From positions 1,922,001 through 1,986,000 of the forward strand of contig OZ024760.1 of the NCBI GenBank assembly GCA_964016885.1: a DNA stretch of 64,000 nt, in the 5' to 3' direction. Below are positions 13,672 to 26,267 of this stretch, piece by piece. Within the stretch, counting starts at the first letter, position 1. Each line of letters begins with the position of its first letter. The notes under the pieces are model-generated. The model had not been told where the DNA came from, ran no database searches, and was given only the letters and a program-made list of their open reading frames with translations. Origin of the DNA: Eledone cirrhosa (lineage: Eukaryota). Both the position numbers and the translations under genes were made by a program.

Positions 13672-13714
13672 GTAGTCCTGATGATTTCTAACGAGAATGA
13701 AACGCGTAGATTAC
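13672..13714 (+). ncRNA. Type I hammerhead ribozyme (array copy 2)
   Basis: Same sequence as 13362-13404. Confidence 0.85.
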
Positions 13715-13981
13715 TTCCCTTGCTTTTATCGAGAATCTAATTGTAATACGTGACGTATTCTATTCTATAGCGATTAGGTCTTCAAAATGTTTATTATAAA
13801 CATACAGAATATTTTCGAATATTCTATGTCTATATTCACATATATATCGCTATTTCAGAGCATTTATTCCAATTTCTAATTTCTGCCGGACCGGCAACCG
13901 CTCTTTCAAACCAGTTCCTGTACACAGCTAAGTATTCTATAAGTCTCTAGCTGTGTCATTCTCGATAAAAGCACTGGATAT

Positions 13982-14024
13982 GTAGTCCTGATGATTTCTA
14001 ACGAGAATGAAACGCGTAGATTAC
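13982..14024 (+). ncRNA. Type I hammerhead ribozyme (array copy 3)
   Basis: Same sequence as 13362-13404. Confidence 0.85.
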
Positions 14025-14116
14025 TTCCCTTGCTTTTATCGAGAATCTAATTGTAATACGTGACGTATTCTATTCTATAGCGATTAGGTCTTCAAAATGT
14101 TTATTATAAATATTAT

Positions 14117-14455
14117 GCACATGGCTTAGTGGTTAGAGCATTGGCCTTGCAATCGAAAGGGTGTGAGTTCAATTCTCAGACCGGGTGATGTGTTGTTTCC
14201 TTGAGCAAGACACTTTATTTCACATTGCTCCAGTTTACTCAGCTGTAGAAATGAGATGATAGGGACTGGGGTCCATATCATTCCACTGCAAAGTGGTCGT
14301 GGAGGTGCCACAGCAAAAAAAGCACCCAGCACTCACTGTAAATGAGGTTGGTGTTAGGAAGGGCATCCAGCTGTAGAAATCAAGCCAGAATCAGTTCCTG
14401 TCCCACCCTTGCAAGCAGGGAAAAAGCGGACGTAAAATGAAATGATGATGAATGA
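14117..14455 (+). mobile_element. tRNA-derived CORE-type SINE with RTE tail (family B), near full length
   Basis: A box tggcttagtgg, B box gagttcaattct, CORE-like ccttgagcaagacactt, tail ggacgtaaaatgaaatgatgatg. Confidence 0.85.
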
Positions 14456-14559
14456 TGATATATATAATTATATTCGTATATATATATTTATATTCATATA
14501 TATATATATATATAAATATATATATATATTTATATTCATATATATATATATATATATTC

Positions 14560-14593
<34 letters not shown>

Positions 14594-14601
14594 TTATATT
14601 C

Positions 14602-15236
<635 letters not shown>

Positions 15237-15277
15237 GAATATGTATATGTATATATACGAATATATATATATATATA

Positions 15278-15431
15278 TTCGGGAGAAATCATCAGGAAGC
15301 TTACTGGTGATTTCTCCCGAATGAAACAGTTCTAGTCCTGTAGAAGCCATTTCTATATTAAATATTTATACTCTGCTATGTATTGAGTACCTTACTTACT
15401 GTGGTTACCCCCGATTGAACCTGGGATAAAC
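15278..15431 (+). mobile_element. Short fold-back remnant with degenerate hammerhead (same family as 45005-45110)
   Basis: ttcgggagaaatcatcag-gaagctta-ctggtgatttctcccgaatgaaacagttctagtcctgtagaagccatttctatattaaat; (AT)n flanks. Confidence 0.55.
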
Positions 15432-15483
15432 TTATATATATATATATATTATATATATATATATATTATATATATATATATTT

Positions 15484-15530
<47 letters not shown>

Positions 15531-15765
15531 ATATATATAATATACATATGTACATATGCATATGCCAAAATAGAACATAGGGGCACATTAGAGAACATAG
15601 AGATAAAAATGATATCTACATATAGAAAAGGTTTAATGTTTCTGAGAAAAAAACACACACGTATTCAGTCCACCATTTTGGAAAAATGCTAATCGGTCGA
15701 TATCTTATGTATTAGAGAAGTTTAGAAAGGGGAAGTAATCATTGTATATTTTAAGTGGACATGTA

Positions 15766-15935
15766 TGTGAGTGTGAACATATGTATGTATGTGTGTAGGT
15801 TTGTTTATGTGAGTGTGAACATATGTATGTATGTGTGTAGGTTTGTTTATGTGAGTGTGAACATATGTATGTATGTGTGTAGGTTTGTTTATGTGAGTGT
15901 GAACATATGTATGTATGTGTGTATGTTTGTTTATT
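15766..15935. repeat. 42-bp tandem repeat, about 4 copies
   Basis: gtgtgaacat at 15771, 15813, 15855 and 15897. Confidence 0.9.
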
Positions 15936-16794
15936 TGTTGTGCAAGGTTTGAAGGATGGGGATTTGACCATGACAGACTGGTTGCAGTGAATTTATGTAA
16001 AATTTTAAAATTGATGAAAATCAGCAAAATATTGACCTCAAATATAAGACCATCTGCTATTTAACCATTGTTTTATTTTTTTGTCACATATTTCTCACCT
16101 TATACACGAGGATATATGATAAGTGGACAGTTAGTTACTACATGAAACCTGTAATAATTCATGATAATTGTTTCTACCTTTGGCACAAGGCCAGCAATTA
16201 CCCCAGTGTATTACTGGTACTTTATTTTATCGACCCCTTAAGGATGAAAGCAATGCCAACCTTGGTGGGATTTGAATTGGCACAAAATAATATCATCACA
16301 AAAGGTATAAATATAGACAGGATTTTATCATCTTTTTTTAATTTTTATTTGTTTTACACACACACACACACACACATACACACATACGTATATATTTACA
16401 TGAAAAATAATCGATTTGTAAGCCTATACAATGTAGATAGGTAATATCATCATCATCGATTAACGTCCATCTTCCATGCTTCCATGGGTTAGCCGGGTCC
16501 CATTTAGAGGCAGGTGAGATCGGGTGACTGGGTCACGCTGATATAGAGGTGTTTCTGGCTAGATGCCGTTCCTAATGCCAACCGATTTGACAGTGTGTGC
16601 TGGGTGCTTTTTACTGTGTATTTTACAGGTCCACCTAAGAGAGAGAGGAATATTCAAAGGATCACTGAAATTCCATACTGGACTCGCTATATAACATCTA
16701 AAGTAGCACCCCAAAAGTTGCCTGCATCAACTATAGGAAATTGATTAATGCTGTTTTAAATGTATGCCTATTTACGGTAATTCTTTGATGCCAC

Positions 16795-16940
16795 ATCACT
16801 ACATGGGGTAACGGCGACCATCAACTACATGGATGTAATAGAGGAAGATGTAATATCAGCCATGAAAGAAATGAGAACAAACTCAGCTGCTGGACCTGAT
16901 GGATTCCCAGCAATCCTCCTAAAAACATGCAAGCAATCTA
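16795..16940 (+). mobile_element. Internal LINE fragment (EN-RT linker) cut by a TTAA MITE
   Basis: MDVIEEDVISAMKEMRTNSAAGPDGFPAILLKTCK contains the S.GPDG motif that precedes RT. Confidence 0.65.
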
Positions 16941-16960
16941 TTAACCCTTTAGCATTTAAA

Positions 16961-17190
16961 CCGGCCATATCCGGCCATATCTGGCCATAACCGGCCATAT
17001 CCGGCCATATCTGGCCATAACTGGCCATAACCGGCCATAACTGGCCATATCCGGCCATAACCGGCCATATCCGGCTATATCTGGCCATAACAGGCCATAA
17101 CCGGCCATAACAGGCCATAACCGGCCATAACCGGCCATATCCGGCCATATCTGGCCATATCCGGCCATATCCGGCCATATCCGGCCATAA
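16961..17190 (+). repeat. 10-bp minisatellite (cyggccataw)n inside a MITE left end
   Basis: About 23 copies following ttaaccctttagcatttaaa at 16941. Confidence 0.9.
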
Positions 17191-17376
17191 CTCTCTCACC
17201 TCTTTCTGTTTTTAGATAAATATAAACACTTTAAAACAAATAGTTTTGTATCATAGAATGAGGGTTAGTTTCAGGCAGTTTGATATCAAATATGTTAAGC
17301 TGATGTTTGGAACATAACTTAACAAAGGTTCTTACATAAAATTATGATGGAATGTTTTTAGATAACTATAAACACT

Positions 17377-18584
17377 TTAACCCTTTAGCATTTAAACTGG
17401 CCATATCAGGTCAGAATTATCTCACCTCTTTCTGTTCAAACTGGCCATAACTGGCCACTCATATTTGTGTTAACCCTTTAACATTTAAACTGGCCATATC
17501 TGGCCAGAATTCTCTCACCTCTTTCTGTTAAACTGGCCATAACCGGCCACTCATACTTATGTTAACCCTTTAACATTTAAACTGGCCATATCTGGCCAGA
17601 ATTCTCTCACCTCTTTCTGTTCAAACTGGCTGTATCTGGCCACTCATACTTATGTTAACCCTTTAGCATTTAAACTGGCCATATCTGGCCAGAATTCTCT
17701 CACCTCTTTCTGTTCAAACTGGCTGTATCTGGCCACTCATACTTATGTTAACCCTTTAGCATTTAAACTGGCCATATCTGGCCAGAATTCTCTCACCTCT
17801 TTCTGTTCAAACTGGCTGTATCTGGCCACTCATACTTATGTTAACCCTTTAGCATTTAAACTGGCCATATCTGGCCAGAATTCTCTCACCTCTTTCTGTT
17901 CAAACTGGCTGTATCTGGCCACTCATACTTATGTTAACCCTTTAGCATTTAAACTGGCCATATCTGGCCAGAATTCTCTCACCTCTTTCTGTTCAAACTG
18001 GCTGTATCTGGCCACTCATACTTATGTTAACCCTTTAGCATTTAAACTGGCCATATCTGGCCAGAATTCTCTCACCTCTTTCTGTTCAAACTGGCTGTAT
18101 CTGGCCACTCATACTTATGTTAACCCTTTAGCATTTAAACTGGCCATATCTGGCCAGAATTCTCTCACCTCTTTCTGTTCAAACTGGCTGTATCTGGCCA
18201 CTCATACTTATGTTAACCCTTTAGCATTTAAACTGGCCATATCTGGCCAGAATTCTCTCACCTCTTTCTGTTCAAACTGGCTGTATCTGGCCACTCATAC
18301 TTATGTTAACCCTTTAGCATTTAAACTGGCCATATCTGGCCAGAATTCTCTCACCTCTTTCTGTTCAAACTGGCTGTATCTGGCCACTCATACTTATGTT
18401 AACCCTTTAGCATTTAAACTGGCCATATCTGGCCAGAATTCTCTCACCTCTTTCTGTTCAAACTGGCTGTATCTGGCCACTCATACTTATGTTAACCCTT
18501 TAGCATTTAAACTGGCCATATCTGGCCAGAATTCTCTCACCTCTTTCTGTTAAAACTGGCTGTAACTGGCCACTTATATGTATG
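17377..18584 (+). repeat. 93-bp satellite (13 units) made from the left end of the MITE
   Basis: ttaaccctttagcatttaaactggccatatctggccagaattctctcacc... starts at 17377, 17470, 17562, 17655 and every 93 bp to 18492; the rest of the MITE follows at 18585-18894. Confidence 0.92.
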
Positions 18585-18936
18585 TTAAGGTATTGTTCTA
18601 AAAAGAAAATAACATCAAAATCTCGTAGATTCGATATTATGTGAGATAATTATGTAAGATAAAGCCTTTACTGCGAAAATACAATAGTATATCACACAAT
18701 TGTAAAAATACAATAGTATAATACAATAGTAATACATGTATATCATGACTAATGCGCTGTTTACTTCCCTGACATTTGTGTATTATTCTATGTACTATAC
18801 ATGCACTTTTGATGAGTTGTAGTGCACCTGAGCACTGTACACAATAATTTCATTATTATTTAAATATAGAGTAATGTGAATGTTAAACAGTTAAGTAATA
18901 TTCACAATAAACAAGGTCATTCAGCTGTCTTCCTCA

Positions 18937-19004
<68 letters not shown>

Positions 19005-19539
19005 GTATGTGTATATATATATATATATATATATGTGTATGTATATTTATATAATATATACACAAATATATATACACACACATATATATATATATATAGA
19101 TATATGTTTTTTTGTTTTGTATTTTTTTATGAAGTCTAACTTAATGGCCTCTGCACCACATACATGGTTAGCTGCCCAATAATATCTGAGCTGTCAACAG
19201 TCTATGGCCTTTCTCAGTGATTAATCATACAATGAACGGGGGAAAGTTTTCCGCTCCAACATCTATTTTGGACTGCCCTGATTACTCTAGGGGCAGAAAC
19301 ACACACACACACACATACAGACACATAATCACACACACACACACAGTCACACAGACACACACACACACACGTATATATATATATATATGTATATATAGGT
19401 GTACAAAAAAATATAATGGGAAGAAGAAAAAAATTTGGAAAAGAAAGTTGGGGGGGGGGGGGGGTGCTATTTCCATAAATATTTTTGAATATTCACAAGG
19501 AACGAAGCAGGGGAGGTATGATGATGGTGATGGTGGTGA

Positions 19540-20222
19540 AGAGGAGGTGGAGGAGGAGGAGGAGGGGGAGGGGGAGAAGAAAAGGAAGAAAAAGACGACG
19601 ACGAAAAGGAAGAAGAAAAAAGAAGAAGAAGAAGAAGAAGAAGAAGAAGAAGAAGAATAGAAGAAGAAGAAGAAGAAGGAGGAGGAGGAGAAGAAGAAGA
19701 AATAGAAGAAGAAATAGAAGAAGAAGAAGAAGAAGAAGAAGGAGGAGGAGGAGGAGGAGGAGGAGAAGAAGAAGAAGAAGAAGAAGAAGAAGAAGAAGAA
19801 GAAATAGAAGAAGAAGAAGAAGAAGAAGGAGGAGGAGGAGAAGAAGAAGAAGAGAAGAAGAAGAAGAGGAGGAGGAGGAGAGAAGAGAAGAAGAAGAGAA
19901 GAAGAAGAAGAAGAAGAAGAAGAAGAAGGGGAAGAAGAAGAGGAGAAGAAGAAGAAGGGGAAGAAGAAAAAGAAGAAGAAGAAGAAGAAAAGAAGAAGAA
20001 GAAGGAGAGGAGGAGGAGGAGGGAGGAGGAGGAGAGGAGGAGGAGGAGAAGAAGAAGAAGAAGAAGAAGAAGAGAAGAAGAGGGGAGAAGAAGCAGGAGA
20101 AGAGAAGAAGGGGAAGAAGAAAAAGAAGAAGAAGAAGAAGAAAAAGAAGAAGAAGAAGAAGAAGAAGAAGAAGAGGAAGAAATAGAAGAAGAAGAAGAAG
20201 AAGAAGAAGAAGAAGAAGAAGA
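19540..20222. repeat. (GAA/GGA)n polypurine tract
   Basis: About 680 bp of almost pure purines. Confidence 0.95.
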
Positions 20223-20408
20223 GCAGACAAAATATGAAAAAGTTAAATGATAAAAGCCAAAAAAAAAATTAACATCCATTTTTGGGGGGGGGGGAAATGG
20301 ATGGGTGGGGTGTAGAGGGATAATAATCTAGACTGATCTAATAAACAAGAACGTTTAAATAAGAGGCATTAGAAAATATACATATATATATATATATATA
20401 TGTATGTA

Positions 20409-20482
<74 letters not shown>

Positions 20483-20566
20483 TATGTGTATACATATATA
20501 TATAATTATATATATATATATACATTTATTTATATATGTATATATATGTATGAGAGAGAGATAGAA

Positions 20567-20597
<31 letters not shown>

Positions 20598-21023
20598 TAT
20601 ATATATATATGTATAATTATATCTACACACACATATATATATATATATATATATGTATAATTATATCTACACATATGTTTATATATAATATATATATATA
20701 TGTATGTATAATTATATCTACACATATATATGTGGGGGAGAATGGTGAATTATCTTGGAAGAAGGGATGGGTAGCTGGGTGGGCTGGACAGGTGGGTGGT
20801 TGTGTGTGTGTCTACGTGTGTGTGTGTGTGTGTGTGTGTGTGCGGCGGTCGGGTGGGGTGGGGGTGATGTTATATATTTTTCAAGGAAATTCCTTGGTTT
20901 TATAACTTTGTTGGTTTGTTATGTTAGTAATGTTGTGGCAAATATGGATTTTGGACTTCTTGGCACCAAAATGTGACAAGAAGAGAACCAGAGCAAGATT
21001 ATAAATTGGTAAAGACTCTGTAG

Positions 21024-21077
<54 letters not shown>

Positions 21078-21227
21078 TATACATAAATATATATATAATA
21101 TATATTATACATATATATATAATATATATTATATATGTATATATGTACATATATACATATACAGGGTTCTAAAAGATATATATTATATATACTATATGTC
21201 ATCATTTAACGTCCATTTTCCCTGCTA

Positions 21228-21290
<63 letters not shown>

Positions 21291-21336
21291 TAAATACAAA
21301 TTATATATACACACATATACATGCATACATACATAT

Positions 21337-21393
<57 letters not shown>

Positions 21394-21468
21394 GTATACG
21401 TATATATAAATATATACACACACATAAATACAAATTATATATACACACATATACATGCATACATACAT

Positions 21469-21525
<57 letters not shown>

Positions 21526-21549
21526 TAAATACAAATTATATATACACAC

Positions 21550-22190
21550 ATATGGTGGCTGCCAACTCGTTTTCGAGTACGGCCACTACTTTACATCCAT
21601 GTAGGATAACCCCTACCGAAGCGCTGAACGAGTGTGACTTTTTAGTCCAGCCAGCGACTTGAAACCTCTGGTACAAACACAACACTGTGACAATTATTGA
21701 CACATAGTGCTAGGCCATGGTAGGACAATTATTGACACATAGTGCTGGGCCCATGTGAGGACAAGTGCAGAGAGATCTCCAGATATAAAGCAATGCCTGT
21801 GCCGTGAAGCTTTTATAGTGAGCAAAGGCACTGCACAAAGCCAGTCCCACTCTCTTAACCAAGATGCTATTTACCAAAAAGAAGAACAAGTCAACATCAT
21901 TGGATACCATCAGGGTTGCAGGTGTTATATCAGAGTTTTCCTTCTCCTAGAATTCTGCCTTGACTAAGGCTAAAGGGGTCATCTCTCCCGGTGATTTTGG
22001 ATGGCCATTGACTCTTAAGAGCTCCTTTGCCCTTTGACAGGTTTTGTTTTTAGTCCTGCAGGATGTCCAAAGTCACCCTCCTCACCAAGAAACCTTGGTG
22101 GGGTTGCCAGTTTAGTCGCCAACGACCCGACCATGAGACAGGTTGTACTGGGATACATGTTACCAGTAGCACCAACTGGTGACCTGACAT
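21550..22190 (-). mobile_element. RTE-type 5'-UTR-derived non-autonomous element
   Basis: Minus strand contains ctaggagaaggaaaactctg, a motif I recall from RTE 5' regions; no RT ORF; internal duplication gacaattattgacacatagtgct; (AT)-rich flanks. Confidence 0.5.
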
Positions 22191-22193
22191 AAT

Positions 22194-22241
<48 letters not shown>

Positions 22242-22296
22242 GTATATATACATATATACATATATATATATATATACATACATACAAATATAAATA

Positions 22297-22338
<42 letters not shown>

Positions 22339-22349
22339 CATACATACAA

Positions 22350-22408
<59 letters not shown>

Positions 22409-22929
22409 AAGACAGAAACGCTTGGCTTACGTCTGAGCTAGTCAGTGACTGTTCTGTTCTATTCCAAATTATAGCTAATAAGTGCAACACTTAAATTGAA
22501 GGTATGGAATCCTGAATGCCTCTTTAATTATAGATTGCCTTTCACATAGTATGTAATGATTCTTTGTATGTATACACACACATACATGTATTAATTATAT
22601 ATATATGTATAATATAAATATATATATGAATATATATATATCAATATATATATATAATATATATAATATATATATATAAATGGAAAAGAATGAAACAAAA
22701 TTTCATTTCTCACTCTTAGTACGGCTGATACTTAAATGTAGGTATGTATGTATACATACATACATATATTATATATATATATATATAATATAAATGTATA
22801 TATATATATTTATATATATATATATATAATACAAATGTATATATATATATATATATTTATATATATAATACAAATGTATATATATATATATAATACAAAT
22901 TTATATATACATATATATATATAATACAA

Positions 22930-22973
<44 letters not shown>

Positions 22974-23039
22974 CAAATGTATATATATATATATATATAT
23001 TTATATATAATATTAAGGATACTATTTATGGTTATGTAT

Positions 23040-23790
23040 ATACTAAAACTTTTTATAGTTATATATATTTTAAACCCTAAATAGTGAAGGTCAGTAATAT
23101 ATTACTACCTTATTCCCAGTAAGATAAATAGCTCAATGTAATAACATCAGTTGTTCTACAGAGCAGTTATATCGAAATCACAAGAATCAAAGCTGTATTC
23201 AAAGCATTTATTCACTCACAATTGTTTCATCCAAACCTAGGCTTGAAGTCTTCAGAGCATTTTTCAATGTTTGTACACATAATTGACCTCCTTTCCAATG
23301 CAAGAGACATACAGATACATATGTATATATTGATGTACAGTGGAGTGACATATATTATATTATATTTCTTTATAGCAATTCAAATACAAAATCAAAATCA
23401 CATTAAAACAAAATCAAAGCAAAATTAAAATACAATCAGCAGTTAACATAGATAATGCAAGAGGATAGTTTGTTAGTCAGATGCAGTAGTTATTTTAGTC
23501 AGATATAGTAATTATTTTGTTAACTGCCGATTGTATTTTAATTTTGCTTTGATTTTCTTTTAATGTGATTTTTATTTTGTATTTGAATTGCTATACAGAA
23601 ATATAATATAATATATGTCACTCCACTGTATATCAATATATACATATGTATCCGTATGTTTCTTGCGTTGGAAAGGAGGTTAATCATGTGTACAAACATT
23701 GAAAAATGCTCTGAAGACTCCAAGCCTAGGTTTGGATAAAACAATTGTGAGTGAATAAATGCTTTGAACACAGCTTTGATTCTTGTGAAT
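23040..23790. mobile_element. Fold-back PLE-like element; about 270-bp imperfect inverted arms, each with a degenerate hammerhead
   Basis: Arms 23178-23448 and 23518-23788. The motif gct|CTGAAGA|...tccaagcctaggtttgga-t|(G/A)AAA|caattg|TG|agt occurs at 23214-23258(-) and 23708-23752(+); a GUG triplet is not normally cleavable. Confidence 0.7.
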
Positions 23791-23824
23791 TCTATATATT
23801 TATATATATATATATATAATACAA

Positions 23825-23883
<59 letters not shown>

Positions 23884-23884
23884 C

Positions 23885-23919
<35 letters not shown>

Positions 23920-24065
23920 TAAAATAAAGTTAAATAAAAGTCAAATGATTAAAATTTAGCTTCTTGTGTTGCTACTGTCCATATATCTTGAGAAAGGTCC
24001 CGGCTCTAAGGTGTCTGCATGTCCCGAAGAAGTCGGTTCTGAGGTTTATCAGGCCGCTTCCACCT

Positions 24066-24313
24066 GGTACAACCATCGCCATTCATTCAAGAAGGAGGCC
24101 AAAAGGAAAAGCACGGCTCTCTCCGACCTGATCTGGAAGCTTAAGCTGGACAGGACCCCATACTCTTTGGCCTGGTACATAATCAGGAAAGTACCACCCG
24201 ATAAAGGGGGATCTTGCATATGCAAACTATGCCTGTACGAGACCCTCGAGATACTAAGAGGTGGAAGCGGCCTGATAAACCTCAGAACCGACTTCTTCGG
24301 GACATGCAGACAC
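24066..24313 (+). pseudogene. PLE GIY-YIG endonuclease C-terminal fragment
   Basis: YxNHxxSF...TxLSxxIWxLK...W.I...CxLCLxE...LNxRxD...CRH motif series; the N-terminal part and RT are missing. Confidence 0.8.
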
Positions 24314-25546
24314 CTTTCTCAAGATATATGGACAGTAGCAACACAAGAAGATGTGAACTCCCCTCAAGCTATAGGGACTTCTACAGAACATGAAAACACC
24401 TCTCGGCCAGACCTCCCTCAAGCTATATGGGCAATAACAACACCCTAGGTTGTGAACTCCCCTCAAGCCACAGGGAACAACCCAGGCGGAGCAGACACCA
24501 TGATAGCCTAGAGATAGAAACGGACACAGCCATAATAATTTGGCCAACATCTATAACACAAACACTTTTAATTTACCAGATTTCTGACTTTCAAGTTCCA
24601 ATCTTAAATCTTGATTTCTCTTTATTAATTTGTTATTTGTTTTCTGCCCTCTTCACTGTATCACCTTATATTTATTTTAAGTTGAGATAGATTATAACAC
24701 AAACACATTGAGTTCGAATATCTCATCTTAACATCTTGTCTCATACCAATCTATCCAACATATTCTGACCTTGAGATTGGTTATAGCACACACACACACA
24801 CACTTTATCCTACATTATTTCTCACTTCTCCATATGCATTTTCATTACTTTTTCACCAATCTCTCATTTATTCTTTATTCTTTATTCTCTATTTATTTAT
24901 TTATTTTCAAATTACACAAATTATATTAATTATTTTATTATATTATTTATTTATTTTCTGTTTTCTTCATTTATTGCCTTATATTTCTTCATATACATGA
25001 AAGAACCCCCCCCCCCCCCACCACCACCACTACGATGGTGGCGGGAGGGATGAAGAAAAAACACAAACTGGATACTGCTAAATTGTTAGCAGCAGCAAGA
25101 TATAAGCTGACCACTACACCAACAACAGTACCAAAATAATGGTGGAGGTCAAATGTACTGAACAATAGCAGGCAAAAACACTACAGGGAGCCTCACCCCA
25201 GAAAGAATTCTATAGACTTCTGACTGAGGAATGCTTTCAGAACTGACCAATGGGAAGTTTGACACTTTTTTTTGTTATTTTGTTCCTTTAACACCTTGTC
25301 CCTTCTACTATTTTATCAATTTCTAAGCTAACTCCAACAATAACAACACTTAGAATGAGGAATGTTCTAATAACTGACCAATGAGAGGAGAAGGGGACCC
25401 TTGACACTGAAATTCGTTTGTTTGAATTCATATGACTCCAGTTCCTCAGTGAATTAACAACCCAACAAGGAACTGGGCATATCAGAGTATTGACAATATT
25501 ATACACCTAAACAACATATGTACTTGTCTATACCATACTAATTCAA

Positions 25547-25601
25547 ACTGCCTGAAGAGGTCACAACCAAAGATGGCTGTCACTGAAATATATATAGCAG
25601 T
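25547..25601 (+). ncRNA. Type I hammerhead ribozyme in the PLE pseudo-LTR
   Basis: actgc|CTGAAGA|ggtcacaacca-aaga-tggctgtcact|GAAA|tatata|TA|gcagt: 5-bp stem I, palindromic stem III. Confidence 0.82.
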
Positions 25602-25743
25602 AATAAACGAAGCTAAATTTTAATCATTTGACTTTTATTTAACTTTATTTTACACTACTCCGGAGTAACCAAACCAACCTGCGCACTTCGTCGAGTGCTC
25701 CAGCCTGCATACTGAGGTGTTGGTATACAACCAACATAAACTC

Positions 25744-25833
<90 letters not shown>

Positions 25834-25846
25834 TATACATATATAC

Positions 25847-25896
<50 letters not shown>

Positions 25897-25900
25897 ATAT

Positions 25901-26092
25901 AGGGCAGTGAATTGGCAGTATCGGTAGAGGGTCGGACGCCATGCTTTGATGCATAGAGTTACGGCCCCTGCCATTCTGAGTTCAAATCCCGCCGAGGTTA
26001 ACTTTGCCTTTCATCCTTACGGGGTCGATGAAATAAAGTACCAGTAATGCACTGGGTAATTGCTGGCCTTGTTTCAATAGTAGAAACAATTA
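25901..26092 (+). mobile_element. tRNA-derived SINE family A
   Basis: A box tggcagtatcgg, B box gagttcaaatcc, conserved core gcctttcatccttacggggtcgataaaataaagtacc, (ATT)n tail. Further copies near 3888-3958, 6063-6245, 6826-7012, 16165-16278, 28258-28436, 34489-35020, 43072-43395, 48150-48630, 49600-49725, 55470-55580 and 59053-59205. Confidence 0.85.
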
Positions 26093-26116
26093 TATATGTA
26101 TATATATATATATATG

Positions 26117-26182
<66 letters not shown>

Positions 26183-26228
26183 GGAAGACTGTTGGCTTCT
26201 TGCTACAATACTTTCTATACCTTTCATT

Positions 26229-26267
<39 letters not shown>

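Larger units (their letters stand above)
13095..14110 (+). mobile_element. Tandem array of a 310-bp hammerhead-containing unit (about 3.3 copies); candidate non-LTR retrozyme
   Basis: tgcttttatcgagaat recurs at 13101, 13411, 13721 and 14031 (period 310). Copies look identical by eye and each full unit carries a hammerhead motif. Confidence 0.88.
23920..25745 (+). mobile_element. 5'-truncated Penelope-like retroelement (GIY-YIG C-terminus, 3' region, hammerhead, inverted terminal piece)
   Basis: Residual ORF WYNHRHSFKKEAKRKSTALSDLIWKLK...WYII...CKLCLYETLEIL...LINLRTDFFGTCRH is a PLE GIY-YIG C-terminus. 23920-23963 is the reverse complement of 25609-25652. About 23964-24065 is an inverted copy of about 24258-24347. 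Hammerhead at 25547. Confidence 0.85.

Noticed and set aside
14117-14185. tRNA gene
   Set aside because: tRNA-like head continues into a SINE body and tail, is multi-copy, and lacks a proper cloverleaf and terminator.
17377-18584. 93-bp array as CRISPR or retrozyme
   Set aside because: No unique spacers and no CUGANGA/GAAA core; the unit is a MITE end.
22105-22185. HDV-like ribozyme at the RTE-like 5' end (ccagt...gg-tcg-ttgg-cga-ctaa-actgg on the minus strand)
   Set aside because: P2, P4 and J4/2 are plausible but I could not build P1 and P3/L3; needs a covariance-model search.
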